Positions 9,424 through 19,208 of a DNA stretch of 64,000 nt are shown here, piece after piece; the stretch's first letter is position 1; each line of letters begins with the position of its first letter. The stretch covers positions 448,001 to 512,000 of the forward strand of contig CBDHDF010000010.1 of the NCBI GenBank assembly GCA_965261545.1, in the 5' to 3' direction. The position numbers and the translations under genes are program-made. Under the pieces are notes generated by a model, which did not search any database, had not been told where the DNA came from, and saw nothing but the letters and a program-made list of their open reading frames with translations. Source of the DNA: Bdellovibrionales bacterium (GTDB lineage Bacteria; Bdellovibrionota; Bdellovibrionia; Bdellovibrionales; UBA1609).

Positions 9424-10872
9424 TTACTCTCTAAATCTAAATCCCTGAACATCGATCTCGCTAGAAACATGGGGAAGAGGCTCGTTGGCATCGTCAAAGC
9501 CTGTGACGTACCCGTAGGCCCCTAGGCTCATATCAGCTTCTCGACGATGAAACTCAGGCAAAATAAAAGATGCATCTTCACCATTTCGGGAAAGGGATCC
9601 CGGCCGCAGGGAAAGAGCTTGAATGCGCTCGTTGAAATCTTGAAGAATATTCGCAGTTTCTTCCTCAAGCTGACGACTGTGAGGACGAGAGGAGACCATT
9701 GTGGGAATGGCTTGCTGAACTCTGGAATTGAGATGGTCGAGGCGAAGCCTGTAGTTGCGCTCAATGGAATTTTTACAGTTTGAGTAATATAATTCCATAG
9801 TTGAACTCTCCCCCCGATGAGCCCCCTGGTGGGTCATGTAGGGAGAGGGAGAAGCAGAACGATAGCGGCCACAGTGATAGGCAAGATCTTTTGTGTAACT
9901 TTGGTCCCATCGAAAGGTGGTTTGGATCGCTCTATGCATGGATCGAAGTTGATGGGCGGCTGTTCGAATAGCTGATGAATCGTGATCTATAAATAGCTCA
10001 ATTTGTTCAGCCACATCATCCAAGTTGTCTTTGTGACCGTGGGTGAGAGCTTTCTTCAAAGGACGATAAAAATGCTTCATAAAGTATTTTTCACGCTTTG
10101 ATTCCGATGAAAAATTATAGTTAGAAAGAGCCTCCATACGGCAAGCCTTCACGTCATCTGTGGAATTCACTTTGCTCACGACTCCCTTTTTCGTTTGCTT
10201 CCATAAATGCGTGCATTTCAATTCAACGCTTTCTTTGTTTTTCTTATAGTTGGCAATATATTTCTTAAGATTCTTTTGTTCAGATTGGACCCTGGCATCA
10301 ATCACATCTGCAAGATCGTGGATATTCTTCTGAGTCACTTTGCCCATATGACCTATAATAGAAACCTCTAAATCCACAGCCTTTTCAAGACAACCCTCAC
10401 AAGTATCAATTTCAGCGTCTTCACTGATATGGGATTGGACATCAAAAAGGGTCTTAACTTCCTCTTTCTCATTACCATTTGTATCCTCTGTCACACATGT
10501 GATATCAAAAACTTGGATGTCCCAAGTTAAAGATGTAATATCTAAATCCGTTTCAGCACTTTCAAATTGATTTTCCAAAAGTTGATTTCGTTTTTTGTCT
10601 TTGACTTTAAGACAGCCCTGAATAACTTCCTTGGGAGTGGCTCTTGAGATCTCGTTGGCATCCCTTGAAGCTCCCTTTAAACTGACAACACGGCTGGACA
10701 TGGAAATTTCACTGTAGGTTTCATTGTTGTTTGTGAAAAACCGCTGAAGCCAGGATGTGTTGAGTAGCAAGATGACCACAAGAACTGCTATTTGTTGTCG
10801 CTGCTTCTTTGGCACCTTTGAGTCTTTGTCTTTGACTTCGCCTTCGCCTCTGTCTTTATAAGATGTAAACAT
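9424..10872 (-). CDS. Hypothetical membrane-anchored protein
   Basis: 482-aa ORF, GGGGGC RBS-like site, single N-terminal hydrophobic segment (IAVLVVILLL). Confidence 0.7.
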   Translation of the reverse strand: MFTSYKDRGEGEVKDKDSKVPKKQRQQIAVLVVILLLNTSWLQRFFTNNNETYSEISMSSRVVSLKGASRDANEISRATPKEVIQGCLKVKDKKRNQLLENQFESAETDLDITSLTWDIQVFDITCVTEDTNGNEKEEVKTLFDVQSHISEDAEIDTCEGCLEKAVDLEVSIIGHMGKVTQKNIHDLADVIDARVQSEQKNLKKYIANYKKNKESVELKCTHLWKQTKKGVVSKVNSTDDVKACRMEALSNYNFSSESKREKYFMKHFYRPLKKALTHGHKDNLDDVAEQIELFIDHDSSAIRTAAHQLRSMHRAIQTTFRWDQSYTKDLAYHCGRYRSASPSPYMTHQGAHRGESSTMELYYSNCKNSIERNYRLRLDHLNSRVQQAIPTMVSSRPHSRQLEEETANILQDFNERIQALSLRPGSLSRNGEDASFILPEFHRREADMSLGAYGYVTGFDDANEPLPHVSSEIDVQGFRFRE

Positions 10873-11185
10873 GGAGCCCCCCTCTCATATATATATATTA
10901 GTTATTCAAAATCCGTTCCCTTTTTGTCTAAGGTCCTTCAAAGAACTCTAACCCCCTGTAAAAACTTATAAATTTAAGATTTTTCTCCATGGTTCTCCAT
11001 GGGTGGCGCAGGAAATTCCCCAAAAGACCTGTTGAGAATACGAACAGTTTTTTAAGTATTTTAGGAATAAGATGTAATATCAATAACTTAGTCTGTCTGT
11101 TAAAAAAGCCTCGTTCTAAGAAATTGACAGTGGTCTTTTTTGCTCCACCTGTGTTAGCTTGCTTTTGTTGTAACAGGAGAGCTAT

Positions 11186-12358
11186 ATGGCTTTTGATTTC
11201 CCCCCCCTTCAACCAAGACAAGATATTTCCTGGGATCAATGGAATGACTGGAAGTGGCAGTTTCGTGCGAGCCTAAAAAATCTGTCTCAATTTGAGTCCT
11301 ATTTCCACTTGACTGAGGAGGAGCGAAGAGGGTTTACCCATGGCAAAGATTTATTTCAAATCCGAGTGACCCCCTACTATGCCCACTTGGCTGACCCCCA
11401 TAATCCCCTAGACCCCATACGTAGAATCTTCATGCCCCTGGAGCAAGAACTCCACCTTGGCGTTCAAGGGCAATTCGATCCCTTGGGCGAACGCCAGCAC
11501 TCCCCAGTGAGACGTATTGTCCACCGCTATCCAGATCGCGTGCTCTTTTTGGTCACAGATACTTGCAGTGTTTACTGTCGCTACTGCACGAGAAAGCATT
11601 TTACGGGACAAGACCAAGCCTTCATCAAAAACAGAGAGTACACAAAAGCTATTGAATACATAAAATCAAAAAGGGGAATTAAAGAAGTCATTTTATCAGG
11701 GGGGGACCCACTGACTTTGGGCCAACGACCTCTGGAGTCTGTGCTTAAAGATTTGAGAAGTATTGAACACATTGAGATCATTCGCCTAGGAACTCGAATC
11801 CCTGTTGTCAACCCCATGCGTGTCAATCGAGAACTTGTAAGAATGTTGAGAAAGTACAAGCCGGTATTTTTAATGACCCACTTTAATCACCCCAAAGAAC
11901 TGACAGAGCAAGCGGCAAAATCTTTAGAGCTGTTTGTCGACCACGGTGTGCCTGTATTTAATCAAATGGTTTTGCTCAATGGAGTGAACAACCACCATGT
12001 GATCGTTCAAGCTCTGTCTCGAAGATTGTTGTATTTAAGGGTCAAACCCTACTATATGTTTCAATGTGACCCCTCCCAGGGAACAGATCACCTGCGAACT
12101 TCCATTGAGGAGTCCCTCGATATTCAACGTAAGCTTTGGGGAAAATTGTCAGGGCTTGCCATGGCCAACCTCTCCCTAGATATTCCCGATGGAGGTGGAA
12201 AAGTAAGCCTTGTCCCTAGCTTCACCCAATCTCGCTCAAAGACCCAATGGAATTTTCGTGGTTGGGATGGCGTGGAGTCGGCCTATAAGAATCCTCATCC
12301 CCAACAAGAACTTCAGCCCGTAGACATTTCTCAATACATGGATGAGTGGCTTCCCTAA
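11186..12358 (+). CDS. kamA: KamA-family radical SAM protein (lysine 2,3-aminomutase-like)
   Basis: WNDWKWQ, HRYPDRVL, CSVYCRYCTR, SGGDPL, THFNHPKE, DIPDGGGKV (PLP Lys). Confidence 0.88.
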   Translation: MAFDFPPLQPRQDISWDQWNDWKWQFRASLKNLSQFESYFHLTEEERRGFTHGKDLFQIRVTPYYAHLADPHNPLDPIRRIFMPLEQELHLGVQGQFDPLGERQHSPVRRIVHRYPDRVLFLVTDTCSVYCRYCTRKHFTGQDQAFIKNREYTKAIEYIKSKRGIKEVILSGGDPLTLGQRPLESVLKDLRSIEHIEIIRLGTRIPVVNPMRVNRELVRMLRKYKPVFLMTHFNHPKELTEQAAKSLELFVDHGVPVFNQMVLLNGVNNHHVIVQALSRRLLYLRVKPYYMFQCDPSQGTDHLRTSIEESLDIQRKLWGKLSGLAMANLSLDIPDGGGKVSLVPSFTQSRSKTQWNFRGWDGVESAYKNPHPQQELQPVDISQYMDEWLP

Positions 12359-12379
12359 ACTGTCTACGGGCGACTGTAT

Positions 12380-14644
12380 TTAAACTGTGTTTATCACAAT
12401 GACAGGTAATTCAATCACAATCTTGGCCCCTGGGGGACGGTCCCCTGCATGGTGCTTAGGATGCTGCTGGTTAAAAGCCCTCACAAATCCATTATGATCC
12501 TCAATCACACGTTTTACAATGGAAAGCCCTAGGCCCGTGCCATGCTCTTTAGTGGTCATATAGGGCTCAAACACTCTGTCCATGGATTGTGTCGGGAAGC
12601 CCGGCCCATTATCTATGACAGAAATTTGAATCATTTTTAACAATTTGTCATACTTTGTACAAATGGTAATTTCGGGAGAATTCCCCAAAGAAAGAGTTGC
12701 CGAAAGTGCATTTTTTATAAGGTTGGTGATGACTCTTTTAATTTGATCCGGGTCAAATAAAAAGTGTGGGAGGTCTTCATCCAGGTCTTGAATAAAGCGC
12801 ACTTCCTTATGGGCTTGAGTAAAAAGAACCATAGCCTCTGCAATCACCTTATTCAGAGATGACATTCTTGGTTGTGACTGGGGAAGCCTTGCAAAGTGGG
12901 TAAACTCATTGACAATGGTCTTTAAATCATCCACCTGACGAATAATCATCTGCACACAGTCGGAAAAAGCTGGATCTTTGAGGGAGGAACCAAATTTTCT
13001 CTGTAACCTTTGAGCTGAAAGTCGAATGGGTGTCAGTGGATTTTTAATTTCGTGGGCAATTCTTCGGGCGACTTCTTTCCAAGCAGCCGATCTTTGAGCA
13101 CTTAACAAGTCAGAGAGATCATTTAACACAACGACTGTGCCCAATTCCCTTCCTGACTTATCACTTAAAAGGGATAAGGTCATTTGCATAGGAATTGTTC
13201 GATCGTGGATGGCAATATGAACTTCTCTTTGAATGCTTTTTGATTTTTGATTTTGCATAACTCTGACAAGCTCGTTAAAAAGCTTGCGATGTTCTTCACT
13301 AAGAATATCTACAACCTTTTGGCCCACATATTTTTGAGGGTTTATTCGAAATAAATGAGCAGCATGACGATTCACCATAGTCACTATACCCTTATTATCT
13401 ATGGAGACCACTCCCGTACTCACATTGGATAAAACAATCTCAATATAGCTACTGTGTTCATCAAGCTGAACAAAAGCCTTTTTGAGGCTCTCATTGGCTT
13501 GTTTAATCTCAACCTGGGAAGCCTCCAAATCATCGACCATCTTGTTGAAATTATTGATAAGAAGGCTCATTTCTGGAGACCCCCGTGAAATTGCAACCCG
13601 TCGATACTGTCCACTGGCAAGATCCCTGGCGGCTTGGGTGAGTCTGTCTATGGGAATGCTAAGTTGCTTGGCTAAGTAAAATCCAAACCATGTGGCACAA
13701 AGTAAAATAAAAAGAGTGATAAAGATAAGGACTCCAATGTAAAAGGGCTCAAGAAGAGCCACGGGTGAGAGGTCGTTTCTCAAAGAGTTGTAGGTTGCTT
13801 CAATATCACCAATGTTTCTTGGAATGGAGCTTGGAATAATAGAGGTCACAACGAGAACTCCCTTGGCTTTTACAGGTATAAGCACACGAACCAAAGCCTC
13901 TCCATTGAAATTGTGAGTGTCGCTCATTTCAATTTTCTCTTCGAGAACACGCCTCCTATACTTGGAGTTCACCTCTGGAAGAACTGTAAAGGGAACATCG
14001 GGGGAAATGGACAAATACTGGGGAGCCATATCCTGGGCTGTATAGTATTCAACGGCATCTAGGTTGTATATTTCCCTTGCTTTGTTCAAAAGTTCTGGGA
14101 AAAGGCTCGAGTCATTGAGGCTTTCAAGCTCCTTTCCAATCTTATAGGCAAAATCATAATTTTTTTTCTTCGTCGAAGTAATATAAGACACAGAGATATC
14201 AATGGCGTTTCTCAAGACATGCCCCAATTGAGGATTGGACCACTTTTCCACCGATGCTTTTATATAAATGATAGAAACAAAAAATATGATCGTTGTAGGA
14301 ATGGCGCTAAATCCTACAAAGGCTGCAATAAGCTTTCTCTTGAGAGTGCTTCCCACAATTCCTTTTTCTTGCTCTGAGAAGCTTTTAACAACAATTCTAA
14401 AGATCAAGAAAATAAGAAGGAGTAAAATGGTAATGTTAAAGCTAAGCAATCCAAAAAAGAAGATGGAATGCTCTAGAGGAAGACTATCTGTGATACCAAA
14501 GATTTTGAAGGCAAAACCCGCCAGCACAAGAAACAAAAGGCCAAGAAATATAATGGCCTTTACCTCACGATGACGTTTTTTAACTTCGTTTGTATTGACG
14601 TCATTTGTATTTGCTTCATCCGCATTTGATGGATGGAATGTCAT
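12380..14644 (-). CDS. NtrY-like membrane sensor histidine kinase (HAMP, PAS)
   Basis: N-terminal TM helices, HAMP, PAS, AWKEVARRIAHEIKNPLTPI, DNGPG, GTGLGL. Confidence 0.92.
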   Translation of the reverse strand: MTFHPSNADEANTNDVNTNEVKKRHREVKAIIFLGLLFLVLAGFAFKIFGITDSLPLEHSIFFFGLLSFNITILLLLIFLIFRIVVKSFSEQEKGIVGSTLKRKLIAAFVGFSAIPTTIIFFVSIIYIKASVEKWSNPQLGHVLRNAIDISVSYITSTKKKNYDFAYKIGKELESLNDSSLFPELLNKAREIYNLDAVEYYTAQDMAPQYLSISPDVPFTVLPEVNSKYRRRVLEEKIEMSDTHNFNGEALVRVLIPVKAKGVLVVTSIIPSSIPRNIGDIEATYNSLRNDLSPVALLEPFYIGVLIFITLFILLCATWFGFYLAKQLSIPIDRLTQAARDLASGQYRRVAISRGSPEMSLLINNFNKMVDDLEASQVEIKQANESLKKAFVQLDEHSSYIEIVLSNVSTGVVSIDNKGIVTMVNRHAAHLFRINPQKYVGQKVVDILSEEHRKLFNELVRVMQNQKSKSIQREVHIAIHDRTIPMQMTLSLLSDKSGRELGTVVVLNDLSDLLSAQRSAAWKEVARRIAHEIKNPLTPIRLSAQRLQRKFGSSLKDPAFSDCVQMIIRQVDDLKTIVNEFTHFARLPQSQPRMSSLNKVIAEAMVLFTQAHKEVRFIQDLDEDLPHFLFDPDQIKRVITNLIKNALSATLSLGNSPEITICTKYDKLLKMIQISVIDNGPGFPTQSMDRVFEPYMTTKEHGTGLGLSIVKRVIEDHNGFVRAFNQQHPKHHAGDRPPGAKIVIELPVIVINTV

Positions 14645-14673
14645 GCACTTGCCTCAACAACCATGAGTTTGCC

Positions 14674-15834
14674 TCAACTATAAAGTTGGTGACGAAGGTA
14701 AAGCATTTCCACAGCAGCTTCCATGGCCTCCATTCCCTTGTGCCCCTTCTCGCCACCCGCTCTTGCTAGGGCTTGGGTTTTGTTTTCAACTGTCAGCACA
14801 CCAAAAGTAATGGGTTTACCTAGTTTTTCTTGCAACCGCAGGCAGCCCCATAGATAGCCCTCACAAACAACTTCGTAGTGAGAAGTCTCTCCACGAATCA
14901 CAGCCCCTAAAGTGACCACGGCCTCACAGCCTGAATCAAACATCCATTGACTCGCCATGGGAATCTCTAGGGCTCCAGGAACAGTCACACAAGTCAATTG
15001 GTCAAGCTTTCCACCCAACTCTAAAAATCGATGAACGGCTCCTTTTTCCAAAAGAGAGGTGACCGTCTTATTAAAACGAGAGGTGACAACCCCCAGTTTC
15101 CAATGGGATAAAGCTTTAACTTCCTTCTGATGACTCTTCTGATGGCGAAAGGCCCCCATCTCAGAGCCTTCACTATAACGAGTTGGCAAAGGGGCACGCA
15201 CCATCTCTTCCTCTTCCACAAAATTTTCATTTTCTATTCTGTATTGAATGAGATCTTCAATGTTTCCCATTTTGCACTTGTGCTTTTTGGCAAAGGCTTT
15301 GAGATCCATAATCCGAGCCATGGAACCATCGGGGTTCATGATTTCACAAATCACTGCCGCTGGACGAAGTCCCGCCAAAGTGGCGAGGTCCACGCTGGCC
15401 TCCGTGTGACCGGCCCTCTTGAGCACACCTCCATCATGGGCTCGAATAGGGAAGATATGCCCAGGTATTGTGATATCTTTTTTTGTCGACTGGGGGTCTG
15501 AAGCCACAAGAATTGTTTTGGCTCGATCCGCTGTGGAAATACCCGTTGTCACACCTTGAGCGGCTTCAATGCTGACCGTAAAGGCCGTCTTGTGGGGTGA
15601 AAGATTGAGGTCTTCACAAACCATCAGTTGGAGTCCTAGTTGTTGGACCTGTTTCTTCGACAAAGCTAAGCAAACCAAACCCCTTGCCTCAGAAACCATA
15701 AAGTTTACAGCTTCAGGAGTAATATGTTGGGCCGCTATAATGAGGTCTCCCTCATTTTCACGATCTTCACTGTCGATAAGAATGACCATTTTTCCCTGGC
15801 GAATATCCTCAATAAGTTCAGGAATTGTATTCAT
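14674..15834 (-). CDS. ribB-ribH: Fusion of DHBP synthase (RibB), a short RibA remnant and lumazine synthase (RibH)
   Basis: aa 1-200 RibB ([35 protein letters not shown]); aa ~245-386 RibH ([44 protein letters not shown]) in one reading frame. Confidence 0.92.
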   Translation of the reverse strand: MNTIPELIEDIRQGKMVILIDSEDRENEGDLIIAAQHITPEAVNFMVSEARGLVCLALSKKQVQQLGLQLMVCEDLNLSPHKTAFTVSIEAAQGVTTGISTADRAKTILVASDPQSTKKDITIPGHIFPIRAHDGGVLKRAGHTEASVDLATLAGLRPAAVICEIMNPDGSMARIMDLKAFAKKHKCKMGNIEDLIQYRIENENFVEEEEMVRAPLPTRYSEGSEMGAFRHQKSHQKEVKALSHWKLGVVTSRFNKTVTSLLEKGAVHRFLELGGKLDQLTCVTVPGALEIPMASQWMFDSGCEAVVTLGAVIRGETSHYEVVCEGYLWGCLRLQEKLGKPITFGVLTVENKTQALARAGGEKGHKGMEAMEAAVEMLYLRHQLYS

Positions 15835-16543
15835 ATGATTCCTCTTCAGTATGAGCGTCTTCAGTATGAACGTCTTCTTTAGTTGTAAATGCCCCCTCTT
15901 GAGTTGTGGATGATTCTTCTTTCGTTGTGGATATCCCTTCTTTGTAGCGTTTGAAGTGAGTAGCTAAGCCTCTGGCCAAAATATCCAGCTCAAAGTGGGC
16001 GGACTCCCCAACCCTCAAAGAGCCTAAGTTGGTTCGCCTCATCGTTTCTGGGATCAATGCCACTGAGAAAAAACTTTCACGACACTCATTCACGGTCAAG
16101 CTCACTCCATTGAGAGCCAAGCTCCCCTTGCTCCAGACCATAGAATTGTGGTTGGAGGGAAGGGAAAACTCCATATAACAGGTTTCTTCACCCACATTTT
16201 GCTTGGACTCTAACCATGCCAGGCCATCGACATGACCTAGCACCCAGTGACCATGGAGACGATCTCCCACCTTTAAGGCACGCTCAACGTTGACCTGTCG
16301 CTCCTCTAAATCACGAATGAGCCAATTTGTCACCTGCAAAGTTTCTGCACCGACTGTCACTGTAAAGGATGCCTCGCAAAAGCTTTCCACAGTGAGGCAA
16401 ACTCCATCCACAGCGATACTGTGCCCCCATTGAATGTCGTCAAATTCTTGGGGCCTCTGAAAGGTCACCTGACAAGACTGATCTTTTTTCACAATCTTTA
16501 GTGCTTTGGATTGAGCTTCCACAATACCTGAGAACATAACCAC
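15818..16543 (-). CDS. ribE: Riboflavin synthase (alpha chain)
   Basis: MFSGIVE, SIAVDGVCLTV, GHWVLGHVDG, KGSLALNGVSLTV; low-complexity acidic C-terminal tail. Confidence 0.95.
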   Translation of the reverse strand: MVMFSGIVEAQSKALKIVKKDQSCQVTFQRPQEFDDIQWGHSIAVDGVCLTVESFCEASFTVTVGAETLQVTNWLIRDLEERQVNVERALKVGDRLHGHWVLGHVDGLAWLESKQNVGEETCYMEFSLPSNHNSMVWSKGSLALNGVSLTVNECRESFFSVALIPETMRRTNLGSLRVGESAHFELDILARGLATHFKRYKEGISTTKEESSTTQEGAFTTKEDVHTEDAHTEEESYEYNS

Positions 16544-16649
16544 CTTACCCGGTCCTATTCGATCCGATCATACTCGCAACCCCTAGTCTACCATAGTCTA
16601 CTTTAAAGCCTACCCATGAGAGTATTTTTTAAATATTTTGTGAATATTT

Positions 16650-17462
16650 TTAACCTATATCTTTTGTTCCTTGCCTTTTCTTTTGTTCCTTTTGTTTGAA
16701 AAAAGGAAGCCTCAACAGCTCCCACAAACCATGGGGACCCTTTTCCTCCCTAAGACCTATCTCTATCTCCCCCCTTTCTCTCGATGGGGCGGTGTATGTG
16801 TGAAGCAGGCGATCCCAAATAGATAAACTGAACCCATAGTTACTATTTGTTTCATTCATATTCTGAGAGTGATGTAGCCTGTGCATATCGGGAGTCACCA
16901 AGAGAGGGCGTATAAATTTTTCAACCTTTGGGTGAATCTGAATATTTGCATGTTGGAAAATGGCACAGGCATTGAGAATGATTTCAAAGCTAAGAATAGT
17001 AAGAGCTGAGATACCCAAGGATCCCACCAGCACAAACTTAAAGATCATGGAAAAAAATATCTCCACGGGGTGAAATCGTAGAGCTGAAGAGGCATCTAAG
17101 TGGTGGTCACAATGATGAACTCGGTGGAACTTCCAACTCCATGACCACCTATGCAAAAACCAGTGCTGCCCATAGATACTTATATCCAGTAAAAAAAGCC
17201 CCAAGATAAAAGCTATTATGGGGTGTAAATCTAGAAAATAAAAAACTCCGTAACCTTGAGCCGAAACCCAGTAAGCAAACACTGTCGAGCCCATGGGAAG
17301 CCCCCCACGCACCAGCAGAACCCCCACAAAGATGAGTCCGTAGTTGGCCACCCACCTTGATCCTCGCACATGAGGTCTCCACGGGAGACAAAGCTCATAG
17401 ATATTCATAGTGGCGAGAGCGAGTGCAAAAGCTCCCAAGCGAATATAAGCCTCGTTTTCCAC
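16650..17462 (-). CDS. Sterol desaturase / fatty-acid hydroxylase family membrane protein
   Basis: His boxes HWFLH, HRVHH, FQHAN, HRLHHS; LRFHPVE; NYGFSLSIWDRL. Confidence 0.9.
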   Translation of the reverse strand: MENEAYIRLGAFALALATMNIYELCLPWRPHVRGSRWVANYGLIFVGVLLVRGGLPMGSTVFAYWVSAQGYGVFYFLDLHPIIAFILGLFLLDISIYGQHWFLHRWSWSWKFHRVHHCDHHLDASSALRFHPVEIFFSMIFKFVLVGSLGISALTILSFEIILNACAIFQHANIQIHPKVEKFIRPLLVTPDMHRLHHSQNMNETNSNYGFSLSIWDRLLHTYTAPSRERGEIEIGLREEKGPHGLWELLRLPFFKQKEQKKRQGTKDIG

Positions 17463-17592
17463 ACCTTTCCCCTCCTAAGTTTTTCAGAAAATGATTATGG
17501 TATATAAGGGTCTTGTGCTATGATAAACACAAATTTCTATTGGCTGTCACTTAGAATGAATATGAAAAATATGATCCAGAATATGGCCTAGA

Positions 17593-19173
17593 GTGGAGGT
17601 TTCTCAATTGGTTTTCTTTATAGTTGTTTTGGCAAGCTTTTTTTGCGGCCTCTTCTTTGTGGGATTTCTCAACTACATGATGAAAAGGCGAATTCTCAAG
17701 GAAGCAGAAGCTGAGGGGCGTGAATATATTTCTCAAGCCCAACAAAACTCCGATGACATGATGTCGGACCTTCAAAGGCAAATAGAAGAAGAGCGCCTCG
17801 TGCATCTTGAGAATCTAGAAAATGAGCTTCAGCCTACCATAGAAAAAGATGAAGAAAAAAAGACCGCTCTCTCCGATCGTGAAACTCAATTGAAAGAATA
17901 TATCCTCGAAAAAGAGCGCATAGCTCAAGGCCAGCAATCCCAAGTCGACCACTATGAGAATCAAGTCAAGGGCCAGCAGGAGCGACTTCATCGCTTCAAG
18001 AAAAAATTCAGTCGCTTGCACAGCCATTATCAAAAAGAGCTTGAAAAGAAGTTTTCATTCTGTGTTGACGAAATCAAAGAGGAACTCAAAGAGTTAATTG
18101 TCGAAGAGGAACGCCTTGCTTGTCAAAAAGACTTGCAATTTCAAGAAGAGTTGGCCCAGCAAAATATGGAAAGAAATGCTCGCTCTATTCTCCATATTGC
18201 CTTGAACCGTTTTGCCCGGGCTTATTGCCCCGAAAGAGGAAACAATTACATTCATCTCATTGATGAGGAAACGAAAGACCGTATATTTGAATCCCAAAGG
18301 GCTCATTTGAGACAAGTTGAAGAACTTTGTGGTGTGGACCTTATCTATAAGCCTGATATGAACTCACTCTTTATTTCCGGTTTTGATCCCGTACGACGAG
18401 AATGGGCTTGCATTTGCCTTAAAAAATTGTTGGTAAAAAAGAATATTGATGAAACTTTTATTCGTAAAATGAGCCACGGTGTGAAGCGTGAACTTTTTAG
18501 AAAGATCAAACGGAATGGAAAGAAGCTTGGCAAGGAACTATGTTTAACAGGTTTGCATCCTAAAATCATTTATATGATGGGAGCCCTTCGATATCGCTAT
18601 TCCTTTGCTCAAAACCAGTACTTTCATTGCTCAGAAGTGGGTTTTTTGTGTGGACTTCTTGCCACTGAACTGGGCCTTCCCATTTCTGAAGCTCGTCGTA
18701 TAGGAATGCTTCATGATATTGGAAAGGCCATGGATCACAGCTTGGATGGAGGGCATGCTGTCATTGGAGCTGATTTCATTAAAAATCATGGTGAATCTGC
18801 GGCAGTTGTTCATGCTGTTCGCGCCCACCACTATGATGAAGAACCCTCCACAGATCTTGCCTTCCTTGTTATTGCAGCAGATGCTCTTTCAGGAGCAAGA
18901 CCGGGGGCAAGACGCTCCACCACAGACTCCTATGTGCAAAAAATGGGACAACTTCAAAAAATTGGAAGTAGCTTTGAACACACAAAAGATACTTGTATTA
19001 TGAGTGCCGGTCGAGAAGTTCGCATTCAGGTCGACAGCAAAAAAGTGAGTGACCGAGATATACTTGATTTGAGCAAGAAAATTGTTCGCAAAATCGAAGA
19101 AGAATGTAACTATCCAGGATTCATTAAAGTGACTGTTGTTCGCCAAACTCAAACTGTTGAATACGCAAAGTAA
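17593..19173 (+). CDS. rny: Ribonuclease Y
   Basis: N-terminal TM, coiled coil, degenerate KH, LHDIGKA HD motif, ADALSGARPGARR, AGREVRI, YPGFIKVTVVR. Confidence 0.93.
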   Translation: MEVSQLVFFIVVLASFFCGLFFVGFLNYMMKRRILKEAEAEGREYISQAQQNSDDMMSDLQRQIEEERLVHLENLENELQPTIEKDEEKKTALSDRETQLKEYILEKERIAQGQQSQVDHYENQVKGQQERLHRFKKKFSRLHSHYQKELEKKFSFCVDEIKEELKELIVEEERLACQKDLQFQEELAQQNMERNARSILHIALNRFARAYCPERGNNYIHLIDEETKDRIFESQRAHLRQVEELCGVDLIYKPDMNSLFISGFDPVRREWACICLKKLLVKKNIDETFIRKMSHGVKRELFRKIKRNGKKLGKELCLTGLHPKIIYMMGALRYRYSFAQNQYFHCSEVGFLCGLLATELGLPISEARRIGMLHDIGKAMDHSLDGGHAVIGADFIKNHGESAAVVHAVRAHHYDEEPSTDLAFLVIAADALSGARPGARRSTTDSYVQKMGQLQKIGSSFEHTKDTCIMSAGREVRIQVDSKKVSDRDILDLSKKIVRKIEEECNYPGFIKVTVVRQTQTVEYAK

Positions 19174-19208
19174 GAAAGGGCGTGAACAGTTCCTACAATA
19201 AATAAGAG

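Noticed and set aside
11186..12358. KamA-family gene as part of a novel radical SAM gene cluster
   Set aside because: It stands alone, with no precursor peptide, epmA/efp or tailoring genes next to it.
17593..19173. RNase Y in a Gram-negative organism as a horizontal transfer
   Set aside because: rny is common in the former delta- and epsilon-proteobacterial lineages.
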